Source: a virus
Lineage: Duplodnaviria > Caudoviricetes
Length of the DNA stretch: 59,507 bases
Strand: one strand, 5' to 3'
Virus record (IMG/VR): IMGVR_UViG_3300025098_000043
Location: 1 to 59,507 of that record
The position numbers and the translations under genes were made by a program. This document shows, piece after piece, positions 36,547 through 45,458 of the stretch. Under the pieces are notes generated by a model that was not told the DNA's origin, searched no databases, and saw nothing but the letters and a program-made list of their open reading frames with translations. The number at the start of each line of letters is the position of its first letter. The stretch's first letter is position 1.

Positions 36547-37203
36547 ATGGCTAAAACCAAAACCCAAGAAGTCGTTGCTGCCGAGACCAACACTGGTCTC
36601 TCCACCAACGTAAGCGGAATCGAAATCGACGTAGAGGACATCGAGATTCCACGTATTAATGTCTGTCAAAAGATGTCTCAGTCTGACGCTCCAGTTGGAT
36701 CGATTCTTTTCGACAAGACATACGAGGTCGCTCCACCGGACACTCCGGTTAAGACGATCACTGTCGCTGCCCAGAAGGGCTGGCGGGAGAACATCCCCTT
36801 CGATGAAGAGGACATCCCCCGTATCGCTTGGTCTAAATCTGAGTCTGACGCTATTGCAGCAGAGTCAGAGTGGGATATGACCGAGTTCGCCGAGATCACT
36901 CTCCTCATGCGTCAGCCTGAAGGTAGTGAAAACGACGAGGCGTTTCAGTTACCTATCGGCGACCACAACTATGCGTTGGGTAAGATTAATGTAGGTAAGA
37001 ACGCATACCGTTCAACCTACAAGCGTCTTGCGACATTCGCCGCTCTTCAGTCTGGAATTACTATCCATAGCAAAGTATGGAACTTCGTCTCTGAAGAACT
37101 TAGTAAGGGTAAATACACTTGGTTTAATCCGTCACTTACCGTGACTAAGGAAGAAGCCGATGAAGCTGTTACCGCATTTGTTAAAAACTTTCTCGGAGCT
37201 TAG
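36547..37203 (+). CDS. Putative ssDNA-binding / annealing protein
   Basis: 218 aa between the exonuclease and PolA; DIEIPRINVCQKMS start and KGKYTWF end. The call rests mostly on synteny. Confidence 0.5.
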   Translation: MAKTKTQEVVAAETNTGLSTNVSGIEIDVEDIEIPRINVCQKMSQSDAPVGSILFDKTYEVAPPDTPVKTITVAAQKGWRENIPFDEEDIPRIAWSKSESDAIAAESEWDMTEFAEITLLMRQPEGSENDEAFQLPIGDHNYALGKINVGKNAYRSTYKRLATFAALQSGITIHSKVWNFVSEELSKGKYTWFNPSLTVTKEEADEAVTAFVKNFLGA

Positions 37204-37205
37204 TT

Positions 37206-37403
37206 ATGACTGACGAAGAGAAAGAACAAAAAACCCGCGATCTCCTTCTCGAAGAGATCACGATGCTCGACGGCATGATCGCTGAAGTCGAGGATCAGCT
37301 CTCCCAAGTCGGAGCCAACTTGAGAAAGTTGAGGGTAGTTCGGGAAGCTCTCCAGCATGTTACTGGTGAGCAGACTGAATTAGATTTGGAATCGAAAGAA
37401 TAG
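37206..37403 (+). CDS. Small coiled-coil protein
   Basis: 65 aa with a heptad pattern. Confidence 0.6.
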   Translation: MTDEEKEQKTRDLLLEEITMLDGMIAEVEDQLSQVGANLRKLRVVREALQHVTGEQTELDLESKE

Positions 37404-37415
37404 TCGTTAGAAAGC

Positions 37416-37465
37416 AAGCCCGCCGCAGAGTTTTCCAACATTTCCCTTTGCGGTGGGCTTTTTCT
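37416..37465 (+). terminator. Rho-independent terminator
   Basis: AAGCCCGCCGCAGAG-loop-CTTTGCGGTGGGCTT followed by TTTCT. Confidence 0.75.
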
Positions 37466-37483
37466 GCCCACAAATAAACTTAT

Positions 37484-39241
37484 ATGAATACATACGCCTT
37501 AGATTTTGAAACTTACTATGATAAGCACTGCTCTATCCGAAAGCTCGGACCGTTAGGATACTTTTCTCATTACGACTTCGACGCTTATATGGTGAGTGTC
37601 GTCGGAGATGATGGATACGAATGGGTTGGCCACCCTGAAGATTTTGACTGGCCAATGCTTAACGGCAATATTGTCCTGTCCCATAACGCATCATTTGATG
37701 AAACACTTTACCTCTACGGCATTAACTATGGTTGGTGGCCTAAAGTAGAACCCGCCGAATGGCACTGCACCGCAGACATGGCTGCTGCTGTGGGTCTGCC
37801 AAGATCATTGAAGAACTCAACGGCTGAAGCCTTCGACTTAGAGATCTCCAAATCTACCCGTGATAACATGTCCGGTAAGACGTGGACTGGTATGACTAAG
37901 GAGTTCCAGAAGGAAGTAGAAGAATACGCCATCAAAGATTCTGTTCTCTGTCTCCGTCTATGGAAGGCTTATGAGTGTAAGTGGTCTCAGTTTGAGCGGG
38001 ACATCAGCGTTATCAACCGACGTATCGTCCAGAGAGGGATACCAATCGATGTGGATGCTTTACGTAAGGCCAAGGAGACAATCAATGAACTCATCTTTGA
38101 AACTGAGAAGTCGATTCCTTGGGCTGACGAAAAACCTCTACTGAGCCGGAAAGCATTTGATGAACACTGCATTCAGCTCGGCATCGAGCCTCCTGCTTCT
38201 CTCGCTAAAACTGATGTTGATGCCCAGAGATGGATACTCGCGCACGGACACAAATACAAATGGATCGAGGCCGTAACGAACTGGCGACGCATCAACACGA
38301 TTAAGAAAAAGCTGGAAAGTTTTGATCACGCTACTATGCCAGACAACCGATACTACGGCGGCATTATGTATTTTGGAGGACACACTGGACGCTTTAGCGG
38401 GAGCGGCGGGAACCTGAACCTCCAGAATTTGCCTAGAGAGGGTATGTTCGGAGTCAACATGCGTAACTTGATTACTGCTCCTGAAGGTAAGAAGCTAGTC
38501 GTTGTTGACCTCTCGCAGATCGAAGTCCGTACGCTGTGCTGGCTGTCTGGTGACCGAGAGACAATGGACGCTATTGAAAAATCAGATGATATCTACGAAG
38601 CGTTCGCAATCCAGTTCGGCTTGTGGTCTGAAGATAGGGGAGTCCTGAAGAAGGAAGACGCCAAGCTGAGACACAAAGTTAAGGCTCTCGTATTAGGCTG
38701 CGGCTACGGTGCAGGGGCTAAACGGTTTGCTGAGATGTATGATATGCCTCAGCAAGAAGCTCAAGACGCGGTCGATCTATACCGGAAAAAGATTGCGAAG
38801 GTTCCCCGCTACTGGAAGAAACTAGACAAGGAAGTCGATAAAGCGTATAATGCTGGTCGCCTATCTCTGACGCTTCCGTCAGGAAGGTCTCTTAACTACG
38901 GTAATCTTCGCAAGACTCTGGCCCAAGGACGAATCCAGTTTGTCTCCAGTATTAACCGAAATGGCCAAAAACGCATCATGAAACTATGGGGTGGAGTCCT
39001 CGCTGAGAATCTCTCACAGGCTTTGGCCAGAGATATTTTCAGTTTCATGATGTTAGAGATCGACAAGGCTGACATAAATATTATCTTCCACGTTCATGAT
39101 GAAGTAATCTGCGAGTGTGATGAAGATAAAGCCGAAGAGACCTTACAAAAAATTACCCAAATTATGTCCACTCCTCCTGAGTGGATTAGCGATATTCCTC
39201 TGGATGCAGAGGGAGAAATTCTAACCCAATACCAAAAATAA
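37484..39241 (+). CDS. polA: Family A DNA polymerase with 3'-5' exonuclease domain
   Basis: ExoI DFET, ExoII HNASFD, ExoIII YAIKD; TGRFSG..NLQN; motif A DLSQIEVR, motif B R...K...LG..YG, motif C HVHDE. Confidence 0.92.
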   Translation: MNTYALDFETYYDKHCSIRKLGPLGYFSHYDFDAYMVSVVGDDGYEWVGHPEDFDWPMLNGNIVLSHNASFDETLYLYGINYGWWPKVEPAEWHCTADMAAAVGLPRSLKNSTAEAFDLEISKSTRDNMSGKTWTGMTKEFQKEVEEYAIKDSVLCLRLWKAYECKWSQFERDISVINRRIVQRGIPIDVDALRKAKETINELIFETEKSIPWADEKPLLSRKAFDEHCIQLGIEPPASLAKTDVDAQRWILAHGHKYKWIEAVTNWRRINTIKKKLESFDHATMPDNRYYGGIMYFGGHTGRFSGSGGNLNLQNLPREGMFGVNMRNLITAPEGKKLVVVDLSQIEVRTLCWLSGDRETMDAIEKSDDIYEAFAIQFGLWSEDRGVLKKEDAKLRHKVKALVLGCGYGAGAKRFAEMYDMPQQEAQDAVDLYRKKIAKVPRYWKKLDKEVDKAYNAGRLSLTLPSGRSLNYGNLRKTLAQGRIQFVSSINRNGQKRIMKLWGGVLAENLSQALARDIFSFMMLEIDKADINIIFHVHDEVICECDEDKAEETLQKITQIMSTPPEWISDIPLDAEGEILTQYQK

Positions 39242-41436
39242 TGACCTACAGATATTTGCGTAACCTACGCGACAGTAAAGCAGAGAAGACGAGTAAACTT
39301 CATAACCTGAAGCTACCCAAACCTAACTTTAAGAACAAAGCAGACTACCGCGAATGGTGTAGTAACAACACTACCGACCACGTTTTCTATTCTTGTGTTG
39401 AAGGACGTGCGCCTTCCAAACGAGTTAGTAATGACAATCCTGTTCATAAGATTCATGGAGTAGTAGCTGATTACGACTCCCCAATTGATTGGGTGAGTTT
39501 TGAAAGCAAGCTTGAGAAAGTGTGTCTGGCAAGCCCATTACCTACGTGGGCTAGTAGAACAGAAAGTGGATACCTTCGATTAGTGTGGGAGTTTGATACG
39601 CCGATGCCTATAGACCCATCTATGTATGAGTCGTTTATGAACTACATGAACAAGGCTATAAAAATGGATAAGCTTTTTGCGGGCTTTGATAAAACTTCAC
39701 TACGCCCTAATCAATATTTTGAGTTAGGAGAAGACTGGATAAAAACAGGAGAGCAGATCACTTCTCAAGTAACCCACGCTTGCCTGTCGAAGGCGGTATC
39801 GTCTAAGCCACCAGAGTCTTCTGACACATCAATTCCTTTAGATGTGGTCGCCTCTGAAGTTGAATCCCGATTCCCGAATCGGTGGTTCGGTGAATTTGAA
39901 GTAGGAGCCAGAGGACCACTGTTCTGGATTGACGACGGTATTGACCGTGACGGTTGTCAGGTTGTAGAAGATGGTATTGTCTGTTATTCAGACAGAGCTG
40001 GTAAAGGATTCATGAGTTGGTCAGAAATCTTTGGTAGTTCATTCGTCAAAGACTATGAGACCAAGAAGCTGGCTAACCTCCTCGACGAATACTGGTTTAA
40101 TGGTAAGACCTTTTTCAAGCTGCTCTACGGGAACGCAGTCTCGATTCCGAAGGAACAACTCCTTCTTGAGCTTAGGCAAGCTGGCTTCTCTGTAAGAGTT
40201 AGAAGAGGAAGGGCAATCAGTGAAGTAGAAGAAGCTCTCTTGACAGTTAGTAACAACAACCGGATTGACGAGATCGCTCCTGTCGTGTTCTCAAACGAGC
40301 GCATCGTATCTTACAACGCTAGCCGGATTCTCAACTGCTCTAACCTAGTTCCAGTTCACCCTGACGGTGACGGTGACCCGTCAAAGTGGCCGTTCCTCTA
40401 TCAATGGTTCAATCAGCTATTTGTAGATAGCTCAAAGAACCCAGCCCTAGATTATTTTTACTCTTGGATGCAGCGTTTTTACACTGCGGTCTTGGATAGG
40501 GTTCCTTTACAGGGACAAGCTCTGCTGCTGGTCGGGCCGACAGGTCGCGGCAAGTCGCTACTGTCGAACAAAATTATCAGCGGACTCGTCGGGGGTTTCT
40601 CTGATGCGTCTGATTATCTGTCAGGTCAGACGAAGTTTAACAAAGACTTAGGTCGTGTCGCCTCTTGGGTTATTGATGACACTACCTCAGCAGCTAGCTT
40701 TCAAGATCAGAGACGTGCGACTGAGTTGCTCAAGCGTGCGGTAGCTAATCCGAGAGTCGAATATATGGCCAAGTATGCAGACGCTATGTCGATTCCTTGG
40801 ACAGGCCGAGTTATCTTGTCTCTGAACATGGACGCTAACTCGTTGTCAGTGATTCCTTCTTTGGATACCAGTAACCGTGATAAGCTTATGGCCTTATTGA
40901 TTGCTGACTCCTCTACAACATCATTCCCACCTAACGCCCAGTTAGAAGCTACCATCGAACAAGAACTGCCGCACTTTGGTAAGTTCCTACTCGACTGGAA
41001 GATCCCTAAAGAAGTTGAAGACGTTGGGCGGTTCGGAGTTAAGTCATACATCGAGCCTACCATTGCCGATGCCGCTTATGATAACAGCAGCCGTAGTTCG
41101 ATTGCAGAGCTAGTCGAGTTCTTCGCCAAGCGTTGCCGTGAAGTTTACCCTGACTTGGACCTATGGAGTGGGACTCTCACTGAGTTTCAAGTGGCGCTCC
41201 ACGAATTGAATAATGGGCGTGACGTAGGTTCTTCTCGTAATCTGGAGTTTTGTCGAAGGGGGATGATAACTCTTGAAGAGGCGAGCCGAGTCAATAAAAA
41301 GATCCGACCCGTTATTTCTCAAGGACAAGGCGGAGGTAAATTGTGGAGCATTGACCTGAGTGAGATTTACGATATAGCTTATACAGCGGATGACAAACGA
41401 AGATCTTCAGATCAGGAGGCAAGAACTCTGCGGTGA
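39241..41436 (+). CDS. Primase-helicase (N-terminal primase-like domain plus SF3/DUF5906-type P-loop NTPase)
   Basis: N-terminal ADYD and TESG.LRLVW; Walker A GPTGRGKS; Walker B VIDD; follows PolA. Confidence 0.75.
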   Translation: MTYRYLRNLRDSKAEKTSKLHNLKLPKPNFKNKADYREWCSNNTTDHVFYSCVEGRAPSKRVSNDNPVHKIHGVVADYDSPIDWVSFESKLEKVCLASPLPTWASRTESGYLRLVWEFDTPMPIDPSMYESFMNYMNKAIKMDKLFAGFDKTSLRPNQYFELGEDWIKTGEQITSQVTHACLSKAVSSKPPESSDTSIPLDVVASEVESRFPNRWFGEFEVGARGPLFWIDDGIDRDGCQVVEDGIVCYSDRAGKGFMSWSEIFGSSFVKDYETKKLANLLDEYWFNGKTFFKLLYGNAVSIPKEQLLLELRQAGFSVRVRRGRAISEVEEALLTVSNNNRIDEIAPVVFSNERIVSYNASRILNCSNLVPVHPDGDGDPSKWPFLYQWFNQLFVDSSKNPALDYFYSWMQRFYTAVLDRVPLQGQALLLVGPTGRGKSLLSNKIISGLVGGFSDASDYLSGQTKFNKDLGRVASWVIDDTTSAASFQDQRRATELLKRAVANPRVEYMAKYADAMSIPWTGRVILSLNMDANSLSVIPSLDTSNRDKLMALLIADSSTTSFPPNAQLEATIEQELPHFGKFLLDWKIPKEVEDVGRFGVKSYIEPTIADAAYDNSSRSSIAELVEFFAKRCREVYPDLDLWSGTLTEFQVALHELNNGRDVGSSRNLEFCRRGMITLEEASRVNKKIRPVISQGQGGGKLWSIDLSEIYDIAYTADDKRRSSDQEARTLR

Positions 41437-41617
41437 GTTTTGGATGGAACTCAGACAAATTCTAGAGCAAATTGGGGGTGACCCGTCTGTTATAGATGCT
41501 TACTTAGATGCTCCACTCAGTGAGTTTGTAGATTTTGTCGCTCCTAACGGTATAAGGCCCGTCTATAAAAAGACGGGTCACATCCACCATAACTGCCTAC
41601 CGCCGGAGGAGCAGTGA
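41390..41617 (+). CDS. Hypothetical protein (75 aa)
   Basis: Last plus-strand ORF of the replication block. Confidence 0.55.
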   Translation: MTNEDLQIRRQELCGEFWMELRQILEQIGGDPSVIDAYLDAPLSEFVDFVAPNGIRPVYKKTGHIHHNCLPPEEQ

Positions 41618-42115
41618 CTCGAAAGCGTCTGGCCGACGAGTTCTCTTGATCTCGATATTGTAGCCATCAGCTTTGAATCTAAATCCGTCTGCGTCACGCT
41701 CACCTCTTTCGTTGAATCGTTTTTTGTGGATGATGGATTTCTTAGGGGACCACCCGCAAAGCCATACCTTTCGCAGACCTTTGTGGACGCGCATGAAGAA
41801 GTATACGTCGGCCTCAAACTTGCTGAACTTAGTCCTGACTACAGAGGCATTGTAATTTAACTTAGGGGGTGTGTTGCAGCTCTTAGCCTTAACGTCAACC
41901 TTGAGACCTTTGTATTCGTAGTCGTGAGTGTAAGACTTATCTCCTACGTAGTCGAACTGTTTAAAAGTTTTTTCAAAAGCGACCTCACCTAAGAAGCCAG
42001 TCATGTTTCCTTTACCGTTAGTGAACGATGTCCTGAGATTTCCTAAGGCGTCAGATCTCCGGCACGCTTCAGCGACATCTTCTGGTGTAGGTTTGTAGAG
42101 TATGAAACGACTCAT
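41597..42115 (-). CDS. PD-(D/E)XK restriction-endonuclease-like protein
   Basis: GFLGEVAF...HDY......VDVKAK...DVYFF......VWLCGW. Confidence 0.6.
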   Translation of the reverse strand: MSRFILYKPTPEDVAEACRRSDALGNLRTSFTNGKGNMTGFLGEVAFEKTFKQFDYVGDKSYTHDYEYKGLKVDVKAKSCNTPPKLNYNASVVRTKFSKFEADVYFFMRVHKGLRKVWLCGWSPKKSIIHKKRFNERGERDADGFRFKADGYNIEIKRTRRPDAFESLLLRR

Positions 42116-42405
42116 GATTTGCGCTTACGCGCTTTTTTCCGTGCCTTCTTCAAGAGCCTTTTTTTGCTCCGATACTTAGCAGTCTTCTCCGCAATCTTTT
42201 TAGGTTGCTTAACGTGCTGCTTGCCTTTACGCATACCTTTCCGCTTCTTCCGGCTAGTGCGGGCATATTCTTCGTCCGTCAAAGCTTCACGCGCGGCCTT
42301 CGGCAAATACCGCTCGCCTGTCTTCAAAGACGGCTTACCGGATTTGGTCCCCCATTTCTCCCGTGTCCAATTATCGAGAGATCTCTGTGAAGCTTTCTTA
42401 GGCAT
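42112..42405 (-). CDS. Basic protein, DUF5872-like C-terminal half
   Basis: SQRSL..WT.EKW.TKSG...ERYLPKAA..AL...EY..T.RKKR.G...GKQ.V. Confidence 0.6.
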   Translation of the reverse strand: MPKKASQRSLDNWTREKWGTKSGKPSLKTGERYLPKAAREALTDEEYARTSRKKRKGMRKGKQHVKQPKKIAEKTAKYRSKKRLLKKARKKARKRKS

Positions 42406-42614
42406 TAGTAACCGGAGCGTCTGCGGATGATCTTCTTAGCCTTCTTCTTAGTAGAAGACTTAGTCGAGGGTTTACTCGCTGGCTTTGAGTGTCCGTATCC
42501 TTTTTGTTTCATGTTCATATGTTGTTCGTAGGTTTTCGCTTGGTAGGCTTTACCCGTTTTCGGGTCATACATAATGTGAGGCTTAAAGTCCTCTTTGGTG
42601 TGGGTTTTTTTCAT
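42405..42614 (-). CDS. Small basic protein
   Basis: 69 aa; FKPH.MYDPKTGK...A.TY.QH......GY.H. Confidence 0.6.
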   Translation of the reverse strand: MKKTHTKEDFKPHIMYDPKTGKAYQAKTYEQHMNMKQKGYGHSKPASKPSTKSSTKKKAKKIIRRRSGY

Positions 42615-42636
42615 AAATTTCTATTTTAAAGGTAGA

Positions 42637-42822
42637 TTAGTCTCTGTATCCCCCTCCGTTTTTCTTGTATCGTGCTGCTAGTAGTTGTGCTTTGCGGGCT
42701 GACCACTGGCCAGCTCTACCGCCTTTTGTTCCGGCTTTGATTGAATTAAACAAACGTTTCCGCATTGCGGGCTTCGTGTAGTTGCCCGCCTCGTTTACTC
42801 TTGATTTCTTCCTCTTCTTCAT
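42637..42822 (-). CDS. Basic protein, DUF5872-like N-terminal half
   Basis: YTKP..RKR....IKAG.KGG.AGQWSARKAQLLA..YK..GGGY. Confidence 0.65.
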   Translation of the reverse strand: MKKRKKSRVNEAGNYTKPAMRKRLFNSIKAGTKGGRAGQWSARKAQLLAARYKKNGGGYRD

Positions 42823-43106
42823 TTCAAGCGTTTAAGGATTCGTTCGTATGCCGGAAAGAAAACCTCGTCGATGCAACGGATACATGCTTCTTCCTGAAAG
42901 CTCTCGCAGAACGAGATGCCGGAGATATGGAAGGCGGCGTGTAACATTTCATGGCGTAAGGTCGGTATAAGGTCTTTATCAGATAAGCTGGTATCGAGTT
43001 GAATTGTTTTTCTGTCGTGTAGGTATTGCCCGTAACAAGAATCTAGATCAGTCTTTTGAATTTTGATTCGCTGGCCTGCGATCATGACTGATTTTAATTT
43101 CTTCAC
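42819..43106 (-). CDS. Small zincin-like (HExxH) metallopeptidase-domain protein
   Basis: YGQY......I.LD......TLRHEMLHA...EE. Confidence 0.6.
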   Translation of the reverse strand: MKKLKSVMIAGQRIKIQKTDLDSCYGQYLHDRKTIQLDTSLSDKDLIPTLRHEMLHAAFHISGISFCESFQEEACIRCIDEVFFPAYERILKRLK

Positions 43107-43121
43107 TTATCAGGTAATTTT

Positions 43122-43772
43122 TCATGCGTTAAAGTATTCGACAATCGCTTGTGCATATACGTCGGCTAGTAGTGAGTGCTTTGAGTCAAAGAGAATCCAT
43201 TCCTTCGGGGAACTTCCGAAGAAAGGCTCGCAGATCACGGCAGGTGGTGGGACGCTCCGCAAGAATCCAGCCCCACGTCCGCTCGACTCGATTGCTTTTA
43301 CGCCTCTATCTTTCTGCACCTTGAAAGTTTCCGATTGGGCTTTACTAAAACACTCGGCTAAACGGCGTCCGTTGTTGCTGGTGTGGTAGTAGAGATACTC
43401 GTAGCCCTCTGCTTTCGAGCTAGAGTAGCTGTTGAAGTGCAGCTCGATGGCGATGTCGCACTTTTCTTTTGCTACGCTCTGTGCAATCCAGTCCATAGCG
43501 CGGCTGTAGCTTTCTGACGGGTAGTCGTCAAAGACAACCGATTGTATTCCTTGGTGGCGTAGGTGGTTCTGCAACAGGTCTGCGACCTTCTTGTTGTAAG
43601 TCCACTCGTCCACACCGCCGACAGAGCTAGCTCCTTTATCACCGATCCGGCTGTGGCCGACACAAATAGCGACTTTTTTTAGCTTCTTTACTTTCTTTCG
43701 CCGCAAAGCTTTAGCCGCTTTGTAGGCGGCTATCAATTCAAGGATCTTGTCTAGTATTTCACTAGGCTTCAT
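43122..43772 (-). CDS. Endolysin, N-acetylmuramoyl-L-alanine amidase (Amidase_3)
   Basis: ICVGHS, DEW..N, IELHFNS, G.E and PAVICEPFF zinc-amidase motifs. Confidence 0.85.
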   Translation of the reverse strand: MKPSEILDKILELIAAYKAAKALRRKKVKKLKKVAICVGHSRIGDKGASSVGGVDEWTYNKKVADLLQNHLRHQGIQSVVFDDYPSESYSRAMDWIAQSVAKEKCDIAIELHFNSYSSSKAEGYEYLYYHTSNNGRRLAECFSKAQSETFKVQKDRGVKAIESSGRGAGFLRSVPPPAVICEPFFGSSPKEWILFDSKHSLLADVYAQAIVEYFNA

Positions 43773-44005
43773 TTGCCGATAATAATTGCGCGACGATAAC
43801 TGTAATCACTGTGGAACTTCTGGCCATCACCGACGAAGATTCCCTCTTTAAACTGATACTCAGCACCTTCAATTAAGGTCACTGTTGGTGGATCGTAGAG
43901 CGCACTTCTGTTCAAAGCGGAGGCGTCGCGATAGCCTCTCGATACGCAGCTTGGCGTTAGGAGAACCATCAGCAGCGAGAGAATCGATTTCGTCTTCCAG
44001 TTCAT
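43769..44005 (-). CDS. Putative lipoprotein (o-spanin/Rz1-like)
   Basis: Signal peptide with lipobox-like LTPSC; overlaps 43869..44078 in another frame; lies in the lysis cassette. Confidence 0.55.
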   Translation of the reverse strand: MNWKTKSILSLLMVLLTPSCVSRGYRDASALNRSALYDPPTVTLIEGAEYQFKEGIFVGDGQKFHSDYSYRRAIIIGK

Positions 44006-44078
44006 AAATATGTCGCCTTCTTTTCCAGTTAAGCATAGCTACGTATGCCTTGATCAGCTCGGTGATCAGTTTAATCAC
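43869..44078 (-). CDS. Putative i-spanin/Rz-like protein
   Basis: 69 aa; GTGA coupling to the holin; overlapped by the lipoprotein gene. The N-terminal hydrophobic segment is weak. Confidence 0.45.
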   Translation of the reverse strand: MIKLITELIKAYVAMLNWKRRRHIYELEDEIDSLAADGSPNAKLRIERLSRRLRFEQKCALRSTNSDLN

Positions 44079-44254
44079 TTGTCTTTAGCCTTGAACACAT
44101 TAAGCGCGAGCCAGTCGATAACTTTATACGCTTTGCCAACGAGCGTGTCGTCTGCTGGTGTAGGTGTAAGAGCAGCGATAGCTGACGCGGCTGCAATAAT
44201 GGCGGTAGCAATTCCAAAGATTTGCTCCTTGTTTTCAAAGATATAATTAATCAT
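44075..44254 (-). CDS. Putative holin (59 aa, not in ORF track)
   Basis: MINYIFENKEQIFGIATAIIAAASAIAALTPTPADDTLVGKAYKVIDWLALNVFKAKDK: a TM segment plus the TPTP.DD motif. Confidence 0.65.
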   Translation of the reverse strand: MINYIFENKEQIFGIATAIIAAASAIAALTPTPADDTLVGKAYKVIDWLALNVFKAKDK

Positions 44255-44430
44255 TTCTTACGGTTTTTGAATTTTTCAACTGCTGTTATAGCAGAGAGGA
44301 CGGCGATAATCAAGCCGAGAAAAGTCGAGAGCAGTTTAATGCCCATATCTAGGTTTTCAGGTAGGGTTGACATGAAAGCAATAGCGGAACCAACGATGCC
44401 GGATATAGGGTGTGTGAGGTGTTGAAACAT
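44251..44430 (-). CDS. Two-TM membrane protein, holin/antiholin candidate (59 aa, not in ORF track)
   Basis: MFQHLTHPISGIVGSAIAFMSTLPENLDMGIKLLSTFLGLIIAVLSAITAVEKFKNRKK; ATGA coupling. Confidence 0.6.
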   Translation of the reverse strand: MFQHLTHPISGIVGSAIAFMSTLPENLDMGIKLLSTFLGLIIAVLSAITAVEKFKNRKK

Positions 44431-44431
44431 T

Positions 44432-45394
44432 TTACATTATATTAGGGATGGTGGACCTAGATCCTGACGGATCTAGAGAAACTCGTGGTTTGGCGGCTCC
44501 TCTGGCGGCGTCTAGCTCCTCGTCCAGAAGCTTTTGGCAAATCGTCCAGTGATATTGAGCGCGTTCTAAATCGGCATTGTCCTCTGCTAGCATGCCCAAA
44601 AGGCCGTGTTTAATAGCGTTTAGGTTGCCTAGATAGATTAGATCGTCTTGAACAAGAACTGGCTCCCATGCCCGCTTGAGTAGAAGCTTTATATTCTTAA
44701 CCTCAGCGGAGGGATTACTAAACCGGAATCGACGGTAGCGGGCTACGCCGTCGCCTTTGACTACGGCTAGTGTGATCGTTACGGGATCAGCCCCCGCTGC
44801 TTGGTAGTCGTAACAGACCTTAACTGACTTTGGGACATCTTCAAAACTAATAGATTTGATACTAGAGACATCCGAACTAGGAGTAGTTAATTGCGCCCCA
44901 TTTAGATTAAATGTATGGGTCGCGACAGAGTCTTCCCCGAACACAGAGTCTGTGCTACGCCCGTAAACTATAGTAATAGACCCTTCTGTAGGCAGGCTTG
45001 TTGCAGGGTCAACATGGTTCACTACAATTCGATCCCCGTCAGATACAGTTTTGTAAATTATATCTTCTTTTGTGGGGTGGTAACCATCATCGACGACCCC
45101 AAAAATAGGTGAGGGACCAGCCTTCGCGTAGCCCCCAATCCGGTAATCATGCCACTGAGAACGAGCTTCTACCGGAGAATCTTGTAGCATAGCCCCTAAA
45201 AGGCTCTCAGAATGCTCTGGCAACGCAAAATAATCGTTCGTAGTCTCGATAGACCAGTCATAGAGTAGATCCTTCCACATCCCCATCGCGTAGAGGCGGG
45301 GCATGACTAGATTCAGCTTGGCTACAAGATCTTCGTCAGGCCGGACGTATTCAGATAAGGCTTTAGTTACGGCCTTTACGGTCAAAGCTGGCAT
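44432..45394 (-). CDS. Putative head-tail adaptor / tail tubular protein
   Basis: 320 aa; helical N- and C-termini (LN....RLY..G.W; A..H...C...L..E) around a beta insert. Confidence 0.45.
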   Translation of the reverse strand: MPALTVKAVTKALSEYVRPDEDLVAKLNLVMPRLYAMGMWKDLLYDWSIETTNDYFALPEHSESLLGAMLQDSPVEARSQWHDYRIGGYAKAGPSPIFGVVDDGYHPTKEDIIYKTVSDGDRIVVNHVDPATSLPTEGSITIVYGRSTDSVFGEDSVATHTFNLNGAQLTTPSSDVSSIKSISFEDVPKSVKVCYDYQAAGADPVTITLAVVKGDGVARYRRFRFSNPSAEVKNIKLLLKRAWEPVLVQDDLIYLGNLNAIKHGLLGMLAEDNADLERAQYHWTICQKLLDEELDAARGAAKPRVSLDPSGSRSTIPNIM

Positions 45395-45400
45395 GCGATA

Positions 45401-45429
45401 ACCTTACAATTAGGCTAAAGTAAAGTCAA
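45401..45429 (-). promoter_or_regulatory. Sigma70-type promoter, leaderless transcript
   Basis: TTGACT-N17-TAAGGT ending 6 nt before ATG 45394. Confidence 0.5.
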
Positions 45430-45458
45430 TCACTGAGAAATAGGCTTATTTATCTACA

